From the NCBI GenBank assembly GCA_043228905.1, contig JBHGNT010000001.1, forward strand, positions 26,784,001 through 26,848,000: a stretch of 64,000 nucleotides of DNA, read 5' to 3'. The stretch is from Azolla caroliniana. Its lineage: Eukaryota > Plantae > Polypodiophyta. The notes beneath the pieces are model-generated. The model saw only the letters and a program-made list of their open reading frames with translations. It had not been told where the DNA came from and did not search any database. The translations under genes were made by a program, and so were the position numbers. Positions 24,243 through 36,500 of this stretch are shown piece after piece (position 1 is the first letter of the stretch; every line of letters starts with the position of its first letter).

Positions 24243-27200
24243 AGAGGACTGCCAAGGCGTGGGGCCGCGACAGTCCGGATGCTCCGGAAAAACCCCACAT
24301 CTGTACGATAAAACCGTGTACAATAGGTAGGAAATTTTGCTTCTCCGACAGCGGAGCATGTACGATGGTCGGCATCACCGGCCGAGAGAAAACAAAGACG
24401 GAGGGGAGACTTCGGGCGTGCGGAGTTCTCGGCCTTGACGAAGGAATCAACGGAGCCGTGGAGGCAGTCTCCTTCGACGACACCTTGGGAATGCTGGGGA
24501 AGGTAGTCGAAGAAGACCTTAACGAAGACCGGACGATACCGGTATGTTCCGAAGAAATGTACGAAGTCATCGCGGACTTCGGTCGAGGGCTCGAGTCGGA
24601 ACGGACGGCCCGAGTTAGCACCAAGTACAAGACTGTGGACCGGAAGGTGAGGCCAGTTGCGGCGCCCTTACCGGAGGGCAGCGAATCCCGAATCAAAGGG
24701 GTTGCATCGGACCCCAGCTTACGAGATCCAGCCTGCATAGGACACACCTTCACCAACGAGACGCTCCGCGAGCTGAAGATCGGTGGGGGCGGGTTCCTAC
24801 TGCCGGCGGAGGAAGACCGGTTTCGGAGAATGCTCGGAAGGCATGGGAAAGCCTTCGCATTCTCGCCGGAGGAAATCGGGTGCGTGGACCCGACGATCGT
24901 AGAGCCAATGGTGATATTCACGGTACCGCATGTACCGTGGAATCTCAAGCCAATTTCGGTTCCGAGAGCTCACATCCCGAAGTTGATGGAGCTGTTGAAG
25001 CAGAAAGTTGATATGGGCCTTCTCGAGCCGTCGAGCGCCCCGTATTCAAACCGCTGGTTTACCGTACCAAAGAAAAACGGATCATTGCGCTTCATTCAGG
25101 ACCTGCAGCCGGTCAACAGAGTGACCATTCGGAACGCAGGGATCGGACCGACCATAGACGAGTTCGCGGAGGCCTTCGCCGGAAGGTCGATTTACTCGGT
25201 CGGTGATCTATACTCAGGGTACGACCAGTTCCAGCTAGCCGTGGAGAGCAGAGACATTACGACGATGCGAACTCCCCTCGGCCTAGTGCGGATGTGTACG
25301 CTGCCGCAAGGAGGGACCAACTCGGTGGCCCACATGGTGAATGCGATGAACAAGGTGCTGAGGGATTGCATCCCGGACATCACCATGCCGTTTCTAGACG
25401 ACATCCCGATCAAGGGATGCCCGGTAGAAGAGAAGGACGAGACGATCGGGCCGGACGGATGCCGGCGATTCGTGATGACGCACATCGACGACTGCGAGAA
25501 GGTGCTGCAAAGGCTAGAGGATGCGAGGCTCACCTTCTCGGGGGAGAAATCAGCCTTCGGGCAGTCGGAAATCATGGTGGTCGGACACTTATGTGGGCCA
25601 TATGGCCGGAAACCGTCTCCGGCAAAGGTAGAAGCCATCTCCGCGATGAAGCCCGACTGCAGCTCGGTCACGAAAGTACGAAGATTCCTGGGGGCATGCG
25701 CATTCTACCACGTATGGATCCCGCATTACGCCCACGTTGCGGAGCCGCTATACGGATTATTGAAGAAAGGGCAAAGATTCGAATGGCTAGACAAGCACAC
25801 GGAGTCGGTCCGGAAGCTGAAGGAGGCTCTTTCGGCAGCACTGGCGCTCCGAAAGGCCGTCTACAGGAAGGGCACCCCAGTGTACATAACGGTTGACACG
25901 AGTCCGACCGGAATCGGGTGGGTCGTCAACCAAGAAGACGAGGACGGCAATCGGTTTCCGATCCGATTCGGCGCGAAGGTCCTCAGTGAGCGGCAGCGAG
26001 GATACGCCCAGGTTAAACGCGAACTCTGGGGTATCGTTTCGGCGGTGAAGGCCGACAAGGACTATCTGATCGGGACAGAGGTAATCATAGAGACGGATTG
26101 CATGCCGATTCTCGGCATGGTTTCCGGATGCGCGACGCCGAACCTGGCAATGCTCAGGTGGATAGCGTACATCAAGTCCCTGGACCCGGGAATACGACAC
26201 ATTTCCGGGAAAGACAACGCCATGGCCAACATGCTTTCAAGGGCGAGATTCGATGACGAGGGTGGCATGGTTTCGGAGGACGAAGAGGTCGGCGTGGACT
26301 TCTTCGAGACTGCGTATGTGACAACCGACGGAACAAGCACTTCGGCGCTTAACGACTTCGACGCGAGCAAGTACGACGGGGAGTGGCTGCAGATCGGTGG
26401 GTTTTTGAAGACAATGACGCCCGATGCGTCATGGACGAAGGACGAGGCCAACCGGATCCGGAAGAAAGCGTACCGGTTCTTTCTCTGGGATGGATACTTG
26501 TGGAAGCACCCGAAGAAGAGGAACGACGTCCCGCTCCGGGTGGTGGCAATGAAGGAAGATCAGGAGGAGCTGCTAGCGGCCTACCACGACAGCCCTTGGG
26601 CTGGACACCGTGGAACATGGGCTACGTTTGAGAAACTGAAGGGGAAGTATTGGTGGCCGGGGCAGTACCAGGACGTGCATCGGTTCGTGACAACTTGCGA
26701 GAGCTGTCAGATGCACTCCATAGTCCGACATCGAGACGAGCTTCACCCTACGTACCCTCCGGCCATCCATTTCAAATGGATGGTAGATCTGGTAACGATG
26801 CCAATGGGAGTAGGACAGATGCGGTACCTGGTCCTAGCGCGGGAGGATCTGACGAACCAGGTGGAAGGCCGGGCCCTTCCGAACAAAACGACCGCGGCCG
26901 TATGTCGGTTCCTAATCGAGGACGTGATATGCCGGTACGGGTGCGTCGGGAAGATCGTGGCTGACCGAGGGGAGTTGGACGCCGAAGAAGCCGCGGAGCT
27001 GTTGGACCGGCTGGGAGTCAAGCTCTCGCTCACCACTGCGTACAATCCGGAGGCGAATGGAAAGGTGGAGCACGGACACGGGCCGATTGTCAAGGCGTTG
27101 GTTCGAGCATGCGGAGGCCGAGTCGGTAACTGGCCGCGGCTGCTACCTTATGCTTTGTGGGCGGACCGGACTACGCACAGTTCGGTAATCGGGTACATGC

Positions 27201-27721
27201 CGACGGAGCTCATGTTCGGCCAGAAGCCGATCATGCCGATGGAACGGACGATCTCCTCATGGGCAACGGTCGATTGGAGGGACGAGATGAGCCGGGAGGA
27301 GTTGTTGGCCGCGCGTATACGACAACTCGAGCGGAGACCGGAGGACGTGGAACTGGCTGCGGAGAAGCTCCGGGTGGCGAGGACAAAGAACAAAGCCAGG
27401 TTCGACCGAACGCACCGGCTCCGACCGAAGAAAATCGAAGAAGGTGACTGGGTGCTCGTCTACGACAGCAGCCTCGACAACCAGCACCGAGCCACACGGA
27501 AGTTCGCACGAAGGTGGTTCGGGCCTAACGTGGTACGGAGCGCCAATGACAACGGGACATATCACCTGGCGGAACTCGACGGCACGAGAGTGGCGATACC
27601 GGTTGCAGGGAAGCGGATCAAAGCGTTCAAGAAGCGACACGACGACGAGCCAGACCCGGCTCTCCTAGTCAGCAGTGACGAACGATCCGAAAACGAGGAA
27701 GAACCGACGGGCGAGGAATGA
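24236..27721 (+). CDS. pol: A Pol (RT-RNase H-integrase), intact, reached by a -1 frameshift
   Basis: Frame open from 24236; DLYSGYDQF, LPQG and PFLDD RT; VDTS/KRELWG RNase H; H-H-C-C, WMVDLV, ADRG and NPEANG integrase; no chromodomain. Confidence 0.95.
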   Translation, partial: FLERTAKAWGRDSPDAPEKPHICTIKPCTIGRKFCFSDSGACTMVGITGREKTKTEGRLRACGVLGLDEGINGAVEAVSFDDTLGMLGKVVEEDLNEDRTIPVCSEEMYEVIADFGRGLESERTARVSTKYKTVDRKVRPVAAPLPEGSESRIKGVASDPSLRDPACIGHTFTNETLRELKIGGGGFLLPAEEDRFRRMLGRHGKAFAFSPEEIGCVDPTIVEPMVIFTVPHVPWNLKPISVPRAHIPKLMELLKQKVDMGLLEPSSAPYSNRWFTVPKKNGSLRFIQDLQPVNRVTIRNAGIGPTIDEFAEAFAGRSIYSVGDLYSGYDQFQLAVESRDITTMRTPLGLVRMCTLPQGGTNSVAHMVNAMNKVLRDCIPDITMPFLDDIPIKGCPVEEKDETIGPDGCRRFVMTHIDDCEKVLQRLEDARLTFSGEKSAFGQSEIMVVGHLCGPYGRKPSPAKVEAISAMKPDCSSVTKVRRFLGACAFYHVWIPHYAHVAEPLYGLLKKGQRFEWLDKHTESVRKLKEALSAALALRKAVYRKGTPVYITVDTSPTGIGWVVNQEDEDGNRFPIRFGAKVLSERQRGYAQVKRELWGIVSAVKADKDYLIGTEVIIETDCMPILGMVSGCATPNLAMLRWIAYIKSLDPGIRHISGKDNAMANMLSRARFDDEGGMVSEDEEVGVDFFETAYVTTDGTSTSALNDFDASKYDGEWLQIGGFLKTMTPDASWTKDEANRIRKKAYRFFLWDGYLWKHPKKRNDVPLRVVAMKEDQEELLAAYHDSPWAGHRGTWATFEKLKGKYWWPGQYQDVHRFVTTCESCQMHSIVRHRDELHPTYPPAIHFKWMVDLVTMPMGVGQMRYLVLAREDLTNQVEGRALPNKTTAAVCRFLIEDVICRYGCVGKIVADRGELDAEEAAELLDRLGVKLSLTTAYNPEANGKVEHGHGPIVKALVRACGGRVGNWPRLLPYALWADRTTHSSVIGYMPTELMFGQKPIMPMERTISSWATVDWRDEMSREELLAARIRQLERRPEDVELAAEKLRVARTKNKARFDRTHRLRPKKIEEGDWVLVYDSSLDNQHRATRKFARRWFGPNVVRSANDNGTYHLAELDGTRVAIPVAGKRIKAFKKRHDDEPDPALLVSSDERSENEEEPTGEE

Positions 27722-27792
27722 AGACGGGCCGGTTTTCTCCGTCCCAACTCTCTTGGCGCATACCGGAGGATGCGCGGTTAGGTGGGGGCGGA

Positions 27793-28589
27793 TGTCGTGA
27801 AGAAAACCGTCCATAGGCGGAATCGGCGCACCCAGGCGTGGGAACCGGTTCTTCACGCGCGCAAGCTCCAAGTTGTACATAGAAGCGAATTAGGAGGATA
27901 ATCGGCAGGAACGGGCCCTAACACAAGTGGAGACAAAGACCGCGCGAACAGTCTTTTCGGTCGCGCGCGCGAGCGAAGGAACTGTACGAGTCGGCGGCGT
28001 AACTACGCGGACGCGTGAAGGACGGAGCGGATCCCTGTCCAAAAGGGACAGGGAATAAAGCTGACATGACGGCCTGCTCGTCGGCCTATATAAGGAGCAG
28101 GAAAGAGCTGTTGCAGGCATCTCGCGCAGAGAGGACGAAGTGCTGTCGGACCGTTTCTGGACGCTTCTCTCTCTGTTTCCTTCCTTCTTGAGCTCCATAG
28201 CTTTTCTGTGTAGGGTTCCGAGGAGGCTCGCGCTGTTTCGAGGAACGCCCGAGTGCTTCCGGCAGCACCTCCGACCGACCTGCTACCCCTTTGTGCGTCG
28301 AAGCGAACAGGCATCGGCATCTGTTCGCCGGCCTGTTCGGTTGTAACCAACCTGTGCCCCATCGAGGGTTGTAGTCGTGTTAGCCATTTTCCTTAATATA
28401 CATATTTAGTCATTCGCATCTGTCTGTGTCGGTGTCTGTTCGCGTTCTCCGTGCTGAAGGGCCGTGTCCCTGTGTATCCCCGGTCCTGCGTAGCCGGTTC
28501 TCTCTCTTTCTCCTCCCTCGCTTGCTCTTTGGTTCGAGACCCCCGCGGTCCCGCCTCGTTTCCACACGCACTTGCGTAATATCTCGACA
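27793..28589 (+). repeat. A 3' LTR
   Basis: Direct repeat of 21275-22071. Confidence 0.97.
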
Positions 28590-28593
28590 ACGG

Positions 28594-31500
28594 ATATTAA
28601 ACTACCAGAGAAATACAAGGAGTTTTCAGATGTCTTTGATAAGGTGAAGGCCAATACATTGCTGGAGCATCGGCCATACGACTGCCCTATTGACTTACAA
28701 CCAGGGAAAGAACCTCCATGGGGCCCAATTTATAATCTCTCCCCTGTAGAGCTAGAGACTTTGCGGGAATATATTGATGAGAATCTGGCAAACGGATTCA
28801 TTCGGCATTCTAGATCCCCTGCTGGTGCACCTATCTTCTTCGTTAAGAAGAAGAATGGGACTCTTCGGTTGGTCGTGGATTATCGAGGGCTAAACAAAGT
28901 GACTATCCGAAATAGATATGCTCTACCATTAATCCCGAATCTTTTGGAACGTCTCAGTGGTGCAAAATATTTCACGAAGTTGGACCTTCGCGGAGCATAT
29001 AATCTAGTTCGGATTCGCCTGGGGGATGAATGGAAGACAGCTTTCCGCACTCGCTATGGACATTTTGAGTATACAGTGATGCCATTTGGTCTCACGAATG
29101 CACCTGCTGTTTTCCAACATATGGCGAACGATATTTTTCGAGATTTTCTTGATATCTTCACTATAGTTTACCTAGATGATATTTTAATCTACTCAAAGAC
29201 CCAAGAGGAGCATGATGCACATGTTCGTCAAGTACTATGCCGACTCCGAGAATATGGTCTCTACGCAAAATTAGAAAAGTGTAGTTTCGGCCAGAATCAA
29301 GTGGAATTTTTGGGGTATGTTGTATCGTCAAATGGTATTGCTATGGACCCCATGAAGGTACAGGCAATTTTAGAATGGCAAACGCCCCTTTCAGTGCGTG
29401 ATGTGCAATGTTTTCTCGGGTTTGCAAATTTTTATCGAAAATTTATTAAAGATTATTCCAAGGTTGTGCTTCCGCTTACTCAGCTCACACATAAAGATCA
29501 ACCATTTATATGGAGTTCAGATGCATCCGAGGCATTCGAAAGCTTAAAACAAGCATTTACAACGGCACCTATCTTAGCACATGTCGACCCAACAAAACGC
29601 TTCATCCTCGAAGCCGATGCATCCGATTTTGCACTAGGGAGTGTCCTCTCGCAGACTGGAGATGATGGACAACTACACCCTGTCGCCTTTCATTCACGAA
29701 AGTTTGAAGCCGCAGAGATCAACTACGAGATCCATGACAAAGAGCTTCTTGCAATCGTGGATTCGTTTCAACAATGGCGACATTTCCTAGAAGGTTCTTC
29801 TCAGCAGATCATTGTCTACAATGATCATAAGAACCTGACTTATTTCCAAAATGCTCGAGTCTTGAGTCGGCGACAAGCCCGGTGGGCGCAATTTTTGACT
29901 CACTTCGACTTTATCATCATATATCGCCCTGGGATGCAGCAAGGCAAAGCAGATGCTCTTTCTCGGCGCTCTTATATGGAACTTCGTCCAGGGGAACCTG
30001 CTTTTGAGCATCAAAAACAAATCCTTTTGGGTCCTAATCGATTACGATTAATGGTAGTTAACGCCATAACAGCTCTTGAAAATTCCACTCTTCTTGATTC
30101 CATTCGAGATCATATGGCCACTGATGATTTCGCCAAGGATGTTTTGGATCATATCGTCCCGGATCGTGCTTCTTGCTCACAGTCGAAAAATCCTCATAAT
30201 GACTATTGTCAGTTCTATTGGCATGATGGTTTTCTATTTCGACAAAATTTATTGTATGTTCCTGATGGTCCCCCACGGCTACAAGTTTTGCAACATTGCC
30301 ATGACTCACCAATGGCTGGTCATTTTGGAGTTCACAAGACTCTAGAATTAATTTCTCGACGCTATTGGTGGCCTCGCCTTCGTCATTTTGTTGAGGAGTA
30401 TGTTCGGAGTTGTGATATATGTTGTCGATCAAAGAATCCTCGTCACCGACCCTATGGCTTACTACAACCACTTCCCGTTCCGGAAACACCTTGGAAGTCT
30501 ATATCCTTGGACTTCATTACTGATCTCCCAGTTTCAAAAGGTTTTGATGCAATTCTCACAGTGGTTGATCGATTTACCAAAATGGCACATTTCTTGCCAT
30601 GTACAAAGTCGATTACTAGTCAAGAGACGGCTGATCTCGTTATGCGGGAGGTATTTAAGCATCATGGTCTGCCAGATGATATTATTAGTGATCGTGGTCC
30701 ACAATTCATCTCAAAGTTTTGGAAGCACCTGTTCAAACTTCTCCACATTTCAGTTAAGCTTTCTTCGGGCTATCATCCTGAAACAAATGGCCAAACAGAG
30801 CGTACCAACCAGACATTGGAACAATATCTTCGTTGTTTCATCAACTATCAACAAGATGATTGGGTTGCATTTTTGCACTTGGCGGAATTCGCTTACAACA
30901 ACTCAGCCCATTCTTCTACAGGATATTCCCCATTTTTCGCAAATACGGGCTGTCATCCTCGATGGATGATGAATGCGCATCCAGAAGTTCCTACCAACCC
31001 TGCTGCCGAGGATTGTCTTAGTCGCCTCCAAGAAATTCAAGCTAACATTCTCCACAATTTGCACGATGCTCAATTTACACACAAGAGGCTTGCCGATCGT
31101 CATCGTCTAGACTCCTCAAAAAAGTTCCGCATTGGGGATCATGTATGGCTTCTTCAACACAACATCAAGACCACTCGACCTTGCAGTAAATTGGATTACC
31201 AACGTTTTGGCCCTTACATGATCACTGGTAAGATAAGTGATGTTGCATTTCGTCTTGACCTCCCTCCGCACATGCATCTTCATCCGGTGTTTCATGTATC
31301 CCTTTTGGAACCTTATACTACAAGTTCAATTCCGGGCCGTCTTACGACACCCCCACCACCTGTCGAGTTCTTGGACGGGCCTGAATTTGAAGTTGCTGCC
31401 GTTCTCGATTCTAAAATCGTGCGCAACAAGTTGTATTACTTGGTCGATTGGCTAGGCTATACCCCCAATGATCGAACTTGGGAACCTGCCACAAATCTTT

Positions 31501-31616
31501 CCAATGCTGCAAAACTCGTCAATGCATTTCATCGCCAATATCCTTGTAAACCAGGTCCTAATACAAACCCTACGACCCGTGAGACGTGTCGTCGAAGAAG
31601 GGGGATAGTGTCATGA
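28594..31616 (+). CDS. pol: B pol 3' part: RT-RNase H-integrase-chromodomain, uninterrupted
   Basis: LVVDYRGLN, KLDLRGAYN, MPFGLTNAP, YLDD; EADASDF; H...GHFG...C..C; SLDFITDLP; YLVDWLGYTPNDRTWEP chromodomain. Confidence 0.97.
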
Positions 31617-32080
31617 TAACAGTCACATCATGCATCGAAAGGATCATGACACTCACATTATGACTTGAAAGGATTTGAACCCACGACCTTGTTGTACACA
31701 TGTCAAATCCTTAACCATTGTATTAATATTCTTATATGTATAGTCTCTAGAATATGAAATCTAATATCATAGGAATATTCTATATTACTCTACATTCTAG
31801 AATGACTCTAGAATATTCTAGAGTGTTCTATACCACTAGAACCTTCTAGAATACTCTAGAGATCTTCTAGATTACTCTACATTCTAGGATAACCTAGAAT
31901 ATTCTAGAGAGTTCTCTATTACTTATAAATAGGGATCTACCACCCATCCCAAACCTAAATTGGTTCAACGCCATTTTGTAGCCTACTCTTTGTAATCCAT
32001 TTTACGCTTCAATATAATAATTCTCTTTTAATTATCTCTCTATCTCTTTTTCTCTCTCTTTTTCTCACTCAGTCTTGACA
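31609..32080 (+). repeat. B 3' LTR
   Basis: Direct repeat of 18976-19446. Confidence 0.97.
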
Positions 32081-32115
32081 CACGCCCCCTCTGTCAGCAA
32101 ACCTTCGAGTCCACC

Positions 32116-32229
32116 ATGCCTCTCACAACATCGCAGGAAACCCGTTCTTGGCTACAACAACGAGGACTTGGCGGGTACTTACGGGTCATCGACACCCCAA
32201 CGCATCCTGACGCCCCAACAATAGCACGA
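32116..32229 (+). pseudogene. N-terminus of the C extra 3' ORF (continues at 63672)
   Basis: MPLTTSQETRSWLQQRGLGGYLRVIDTPTHPDAP aligns with E ORF3 ...QWMRENGLEGLLRIANAPPHAEP. Confidence 0.75.
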
Positions 32230-32706
32230 TGTCGCGTTGTTACGCGCGTGCGTTGTCGTGAAGATCCGTCACTACGCGCGGATCGTGAGGCGGAACCGCC
32301 GGGGTTCTGGACCGGAAGGATTCAAAGTCGATACAAGCTTTGGCGAGAAAGTACTTAAGATAGATTGGGAAAGAGAGAAGTTGAGATTAAATGATTGAGA
32401 AAGATTGATTGAACTTTTATCTTTGGATTTAAGAAACAAGTTACACCATCAATTTGATAACGAATTTCTTCTTCTTAATTTCATAATAAAAAAAACGTCT
32501 TTTTTTCTCCTCCCCCTTCCTTCTTTTATAGATGCTCTCATGCATATGATGCATGTGAGGGTACAAGACACGCATAAATTGCATGTTTGCCATTTGGCGC
32601 TTATGTATTACATGTGGTGCATGATAACCATGTCACTCATTTTAGCTCTCATGTATGAGAATTTACATGTAAAAGTATAATGATAGAAATATTAATTCAG
32701 CTAAAT

Positions 32707-32773
32707 GGCATGGCTTAATGGTAAGCCAATTGACTCCTAACTTGGAGGTGCAAGGTTCGAATCCTTACTTGCC
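32707..32773 (+). other. tRNA-like (Pol III A-box/B-box) cassette inside the D LTR; second copy at 40412-40477
   Basis: TGGCTTAATGG (A box, D-stem GCTT/AAGC), AGGTG variable loop, AAGG-TTCGAAT-CCTT T-arm (B box GGTTCGAATCC at 32754-32764), GGCA/TGCC ends; anticodon arm irregular. Confidence 0.7.
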
Positions 32774-32824
32774 CTCCTTGTATATGTATATATTTATATT
32801 TGTTTATATATTTATTTATCTAAT

Positions 32825-33070
32825 CGCCGGACGCCGGTTCGTCGGATACCGTCGCCGGTTGCCGCCAGAAACCTGTGCCGTTGCCGGATGCCGTCGGTTA
32901 CCGGTGCCTCGCCGGATGCCATTGTCGGTTGCCGCCGGATGCCGTCGTCTCACCGGCGCCGGATACCGGTGTTGCCACCAGATGCCGTCGAATACTGGTG
33001 CTGCCGCCGCATGCCATCGGTTACCGGTCCCCGCCGGATGCTGTCGTTTCACCGGCTCTATCGCCGGTCT
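32825..33070. repeat. GC-rich degenerate tandem array (GCCGGATGCCGTC-like) in the D LTR
   Basis: Shorter variant at about 40530-40725 in the other D LTR. Confidence 0.85.
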
Positions 33071-33528
33071 GGTTTTGGTTGGCCAAAACCCTTTACGAGT
33101 AGCTAGCCCACCTCCACTCTTAGTTCAAGTTACCTTGAACTCTCTATGCTCCACACATAGACACAAAGATAATATCTTTTGCTCTACCTTATATATGATG
33201 AGAGCCGTATTTGTCGTGCCTATGTGGGATATCTCACAATTTTCTCTTTTCCTTTCACAAACTTTATACCCTCATATCTTGACATTTAGTTGTCCGTTTC
33301 TCGTGTAATAAAGTGCATTCGAAACCTCCATCATTTTGTACTTAGATATTAAATTTATTTAAAATGTTATCTTCACAATTATTGTACTATGTGATTCATA
33401 CTCGATTTCGTACGTTTTATGGGATTTTCACACTATTGCCGAAAATCTTCACGACATCCACCCCCACCAAACCGCAGGTCCTCCGGTACATGCCAAGAAG
33501 AGAGAAAGTGAGATTTCGGCTACGATGA

Positions 33529-36500
33529 TCAATTAGATTCCTCCATGTCTTCATTTACATCCGCCCCATTATGTTCATCGTCGAGGTAATCGAGGTCAGG
33601 ATCCTTGTCTTGTCTTTTCTTGAAAATCTTTACTCTTTTTCCCGCAATGGGTACGACCAACCTTGATCCGTCTAGTTCCGCAAGGTGGTATGTGGCATTA
33701 TCGTTGGCACTTGTGAACACATACGGCCTGAACCATCTTCTTGCGAACTTCCTTGTTGTACTGTGTTGATTGTCAAGGGTGGTGTCGTAAACCAAAACCC
33801 AATCCCCTTCTTCAATCTTCTTGGGACGAAGTCGATGCGTGTTGTCGAACCGAACTTTGTTCTTTACTCGGGTTGCCTTCATCATCTTTCGCACTTTTTC
33901 TAAATCTTCAGGTCTTCTTTCAAGTTGCCTTATGCGCGCCACTAATAACTCTTCTCGGCTCATCTCATTCTCCCACGGTATCGCTACACATGAGGCGATC
34001 ATCCTTTCGATGGGCATAATCGGCTTTTGTCCATACATAAGCTCTGTCGGCATATACCCTATCACCGAGCTATGTGTCGTTCTATCGGCCCACAAGGCAT
34101 AGGGTAATAGTCGTGGCCAATTCCCGACTCGACCGTTGCATGCCCGTACGATGGCTTTAACGATAGGTCCATGCCCTCGCTCGATCTTCCCATTTGCTTC
34201 CGGATTGTAGGCAGTCGTGAGGGAGAGTTTCACGCCTAGTCTTTCAAAGAGCTCCGTCGCTTCGTGCGCGTCCAACTCCCCTCGGTCGGCCACTATCTTC
34301 CCTACACATCCATATCGGCAAACAACATCTTCAAGTAAAAATTTGCAAACGGCTGAAGTCGTCTTATTTGTCAAGGCTCGTCCTTCCACTTGATTTGTCA
34401 AGTCTTCCCTTGCCAGCGCTAAATACTTCATTTGTTCCACTCCCATTGGCATCGAGACCAGATCCACCATCCATTTGAAGTGTATGGTGAGTGGGTATGT
34501 CGGCTTTAACTCATCACGATGACGTATATTTGAATATATTTGGCAAGTTTCGCATGTGGACACGAAATGGAGTACATCTTTGTACATGCTTGGCCACCAG
34601 TACTTCTCCTTCAACTTTTCGAACGTCGCCCATGTTCCTCTATGACCTGCCCAAGCACTCTCGTGGAATTCGGTCATCAGCGTCTCTTGCTCTTCTTTCT
34701 TTACCACCACTCGACGTGGTATTCCTGTCCTTCTTTTTGGATGTCGCCAAAGGAATCCTCCCTTCAAGAAGTATCGGTAAGCTTTCTTTCGGATTCGTAG
34801 GGCCTCCTCCTTTGTCAACGAAGCATCTGTCGTCAATGTTCTTACTCTCCTTCGTACTCGTTCTCGTTGAAGGCGTGGAGGATTTGCGTGTCTTGGTCTT
34901 CCGTCGACAATTGAGCCATCTTGAAGAAGACGAGGGCGACATCTTCATCTTCCGAAACCATGTTACTTCCGGTTGAAAATCTTGCCCTCGACAGCATGTC
35001 AGCCATGGCGTTCTTCTTCCCTGCAATGTGACGGATCTCTGGGTTTAAAGACTTGATGTAGGCGATCCACCTTAGCATAGCAAGATCTGGGGTCGCACAT
35101 CCAGAGACCATTCCGAGAATTGGGAGACAATCTGTCTCTATTATCACTTCTGACCCGATCAGGTAATCTTTGTCCGTCTTCACTGCCGACACAATACCCC
35201 AAAGTTCTCGCTTGACTTGGGCATATCTTTGTTGCCGTTCGCTGAGAACCTTTGCTCCGAACCGGACGGCATATCGCGCATTATCTTCACCTTCTTGATT
35301 GATGACCCACCCGATTCCGGTTGGGCTCGTATCTACGGTCACGTAAATTGGTTTCCCTTCGGCATAGTCGGCCTTCCTTAGTGCCGGAGCTTCAAGAAGC
35401 AGTTTCTTTAATCTTTGCATCGCCTTTGTGTGCTCGTCTCGCCATTCGAACTTAATTCTTTTCTTTAGTAGTCCATATAACGGTTTGGCGACATGAGCGT
35501 AGTGAGGAATCCATATATGATAAAACGCGCACGCTCCAAGGAACCTTCAAACCTCCGTTTGGTTTTCGCATTCTTCTTTCATGTCTTGGATTGCGTTCAC
35601 TTTGGATGGTGAGGGCTTCCGGCCGTATGCTCCACACAAGTGACCTACCACCAAGATCTCTGGTTGCCTGAATGCGGATTTTTCTCCCGAAAATGTCAAA
35701 TTCGCATCTTTGAGCCTTTGAAGCACCTTCTCGCAATCTTTCATATGATCCGCAACAAACTTTCTACAACCTTCCTTATCTTTCGATTCATCTTTCTCCT
35801 CATCCGAACATCCTTTTATCGGAATATCATCCAAGAATGGCATCGTGATGTCCGGAATGCAATCCTTCAAGACTTTATTCATGGCATTCACCATATGAGC
35901 CACCGAGTTCGCTGCGCCTTGGGGTAAGGTACACATCCGCACAAGCTCGATTGGAGTCCTCATGGTTGTAATGTCCTGACTGTCGATCGCCAATTGGAAT
36001 TGGTCATATCCAGAGTAGAGATCGCCAATGGAGTACATGGATCGTCCACGCTCAGACCGATTCCGACATTTCGAATTGTCACCTTGTTGACGGGTTGAAG
36101 ATCTTGGATGAATCGCAATGATCCATTCTTCTTCGGCACTGTGAACCACCTATTGGAATAAGGAGCATTCGACAGTTCTAGAACATTCTTCTCCTTTAAG
36201 AGCTCGATCAGCTTCGGAAGGTGTGCTCTCGGAACCGGTATTGGTTTCAAATTCCAAGGCACATGAGGCACCGTGAAGATCACCATCGGCTCTATAACCT
36301 TTGGGTCGGCGCATCCGATTTCTCGTGGGAAGAATGCGAAAGCCTTCCCATGTCTCTCAAGCATATCGCGAAACATTCGCTCCTCTTCAGGGAGGAGGAA
36401 ATCCTCCTTTCCAACTCGTAGCTTCCCCTTCGTCTCTTTGGTGAAGACATGACCTATCTTCTTCGGATATCTTAAGCTTGGATCGTTAGCGACTTCCTTC

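Larger units (their letters stand above)
21275..28589 (+). mobile_element. Element A: young, full-length tRNA-Trp-primed Ty3/Gypsy element
   Basis: 797-bp LTRs 21275-22071 and 27793-28589 (4 differences seen); 4-bp TSD ACGG at 21271-21274 and 28590-28593; PBS 22076-22092; PPT GGTTAGGTGGGGGCGGA before 27793. Confidence 0.97.
18976..32080 (+). mobile_element. Element B: full-length chromovirus (Tcn1/Tf1-like Ty3/Gypsy), interrupted by A
   Basis: LTRs 18976-19446 and 31609-32080 (TG...CA, about 3 differences); 5-bp TSD CACGC at 18971-18975 and 32081-32085; PPT GAAGAAGGGGGATAG at 31594-31608; chromodomain at the integrase end. Confidence 0.97.

Noticed and set aside
22271-27640. Many long antisense or overlapping ORFs within A (and likewise in E and F)
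   Set aside because: Expected shadow ORFs of GC-rich coding sequence
32707-32773. Bona fide tRNA gene
   Set aside because: Irregular anticodon arm, short acceptor stem and location within an LTR; reported as tRNA-like only
32718-33308. 196-aa Cys/Arg-rich ORF
   Set aside because: Translation of the GC-rich minisatellite; frame not conserved in the other D LTR
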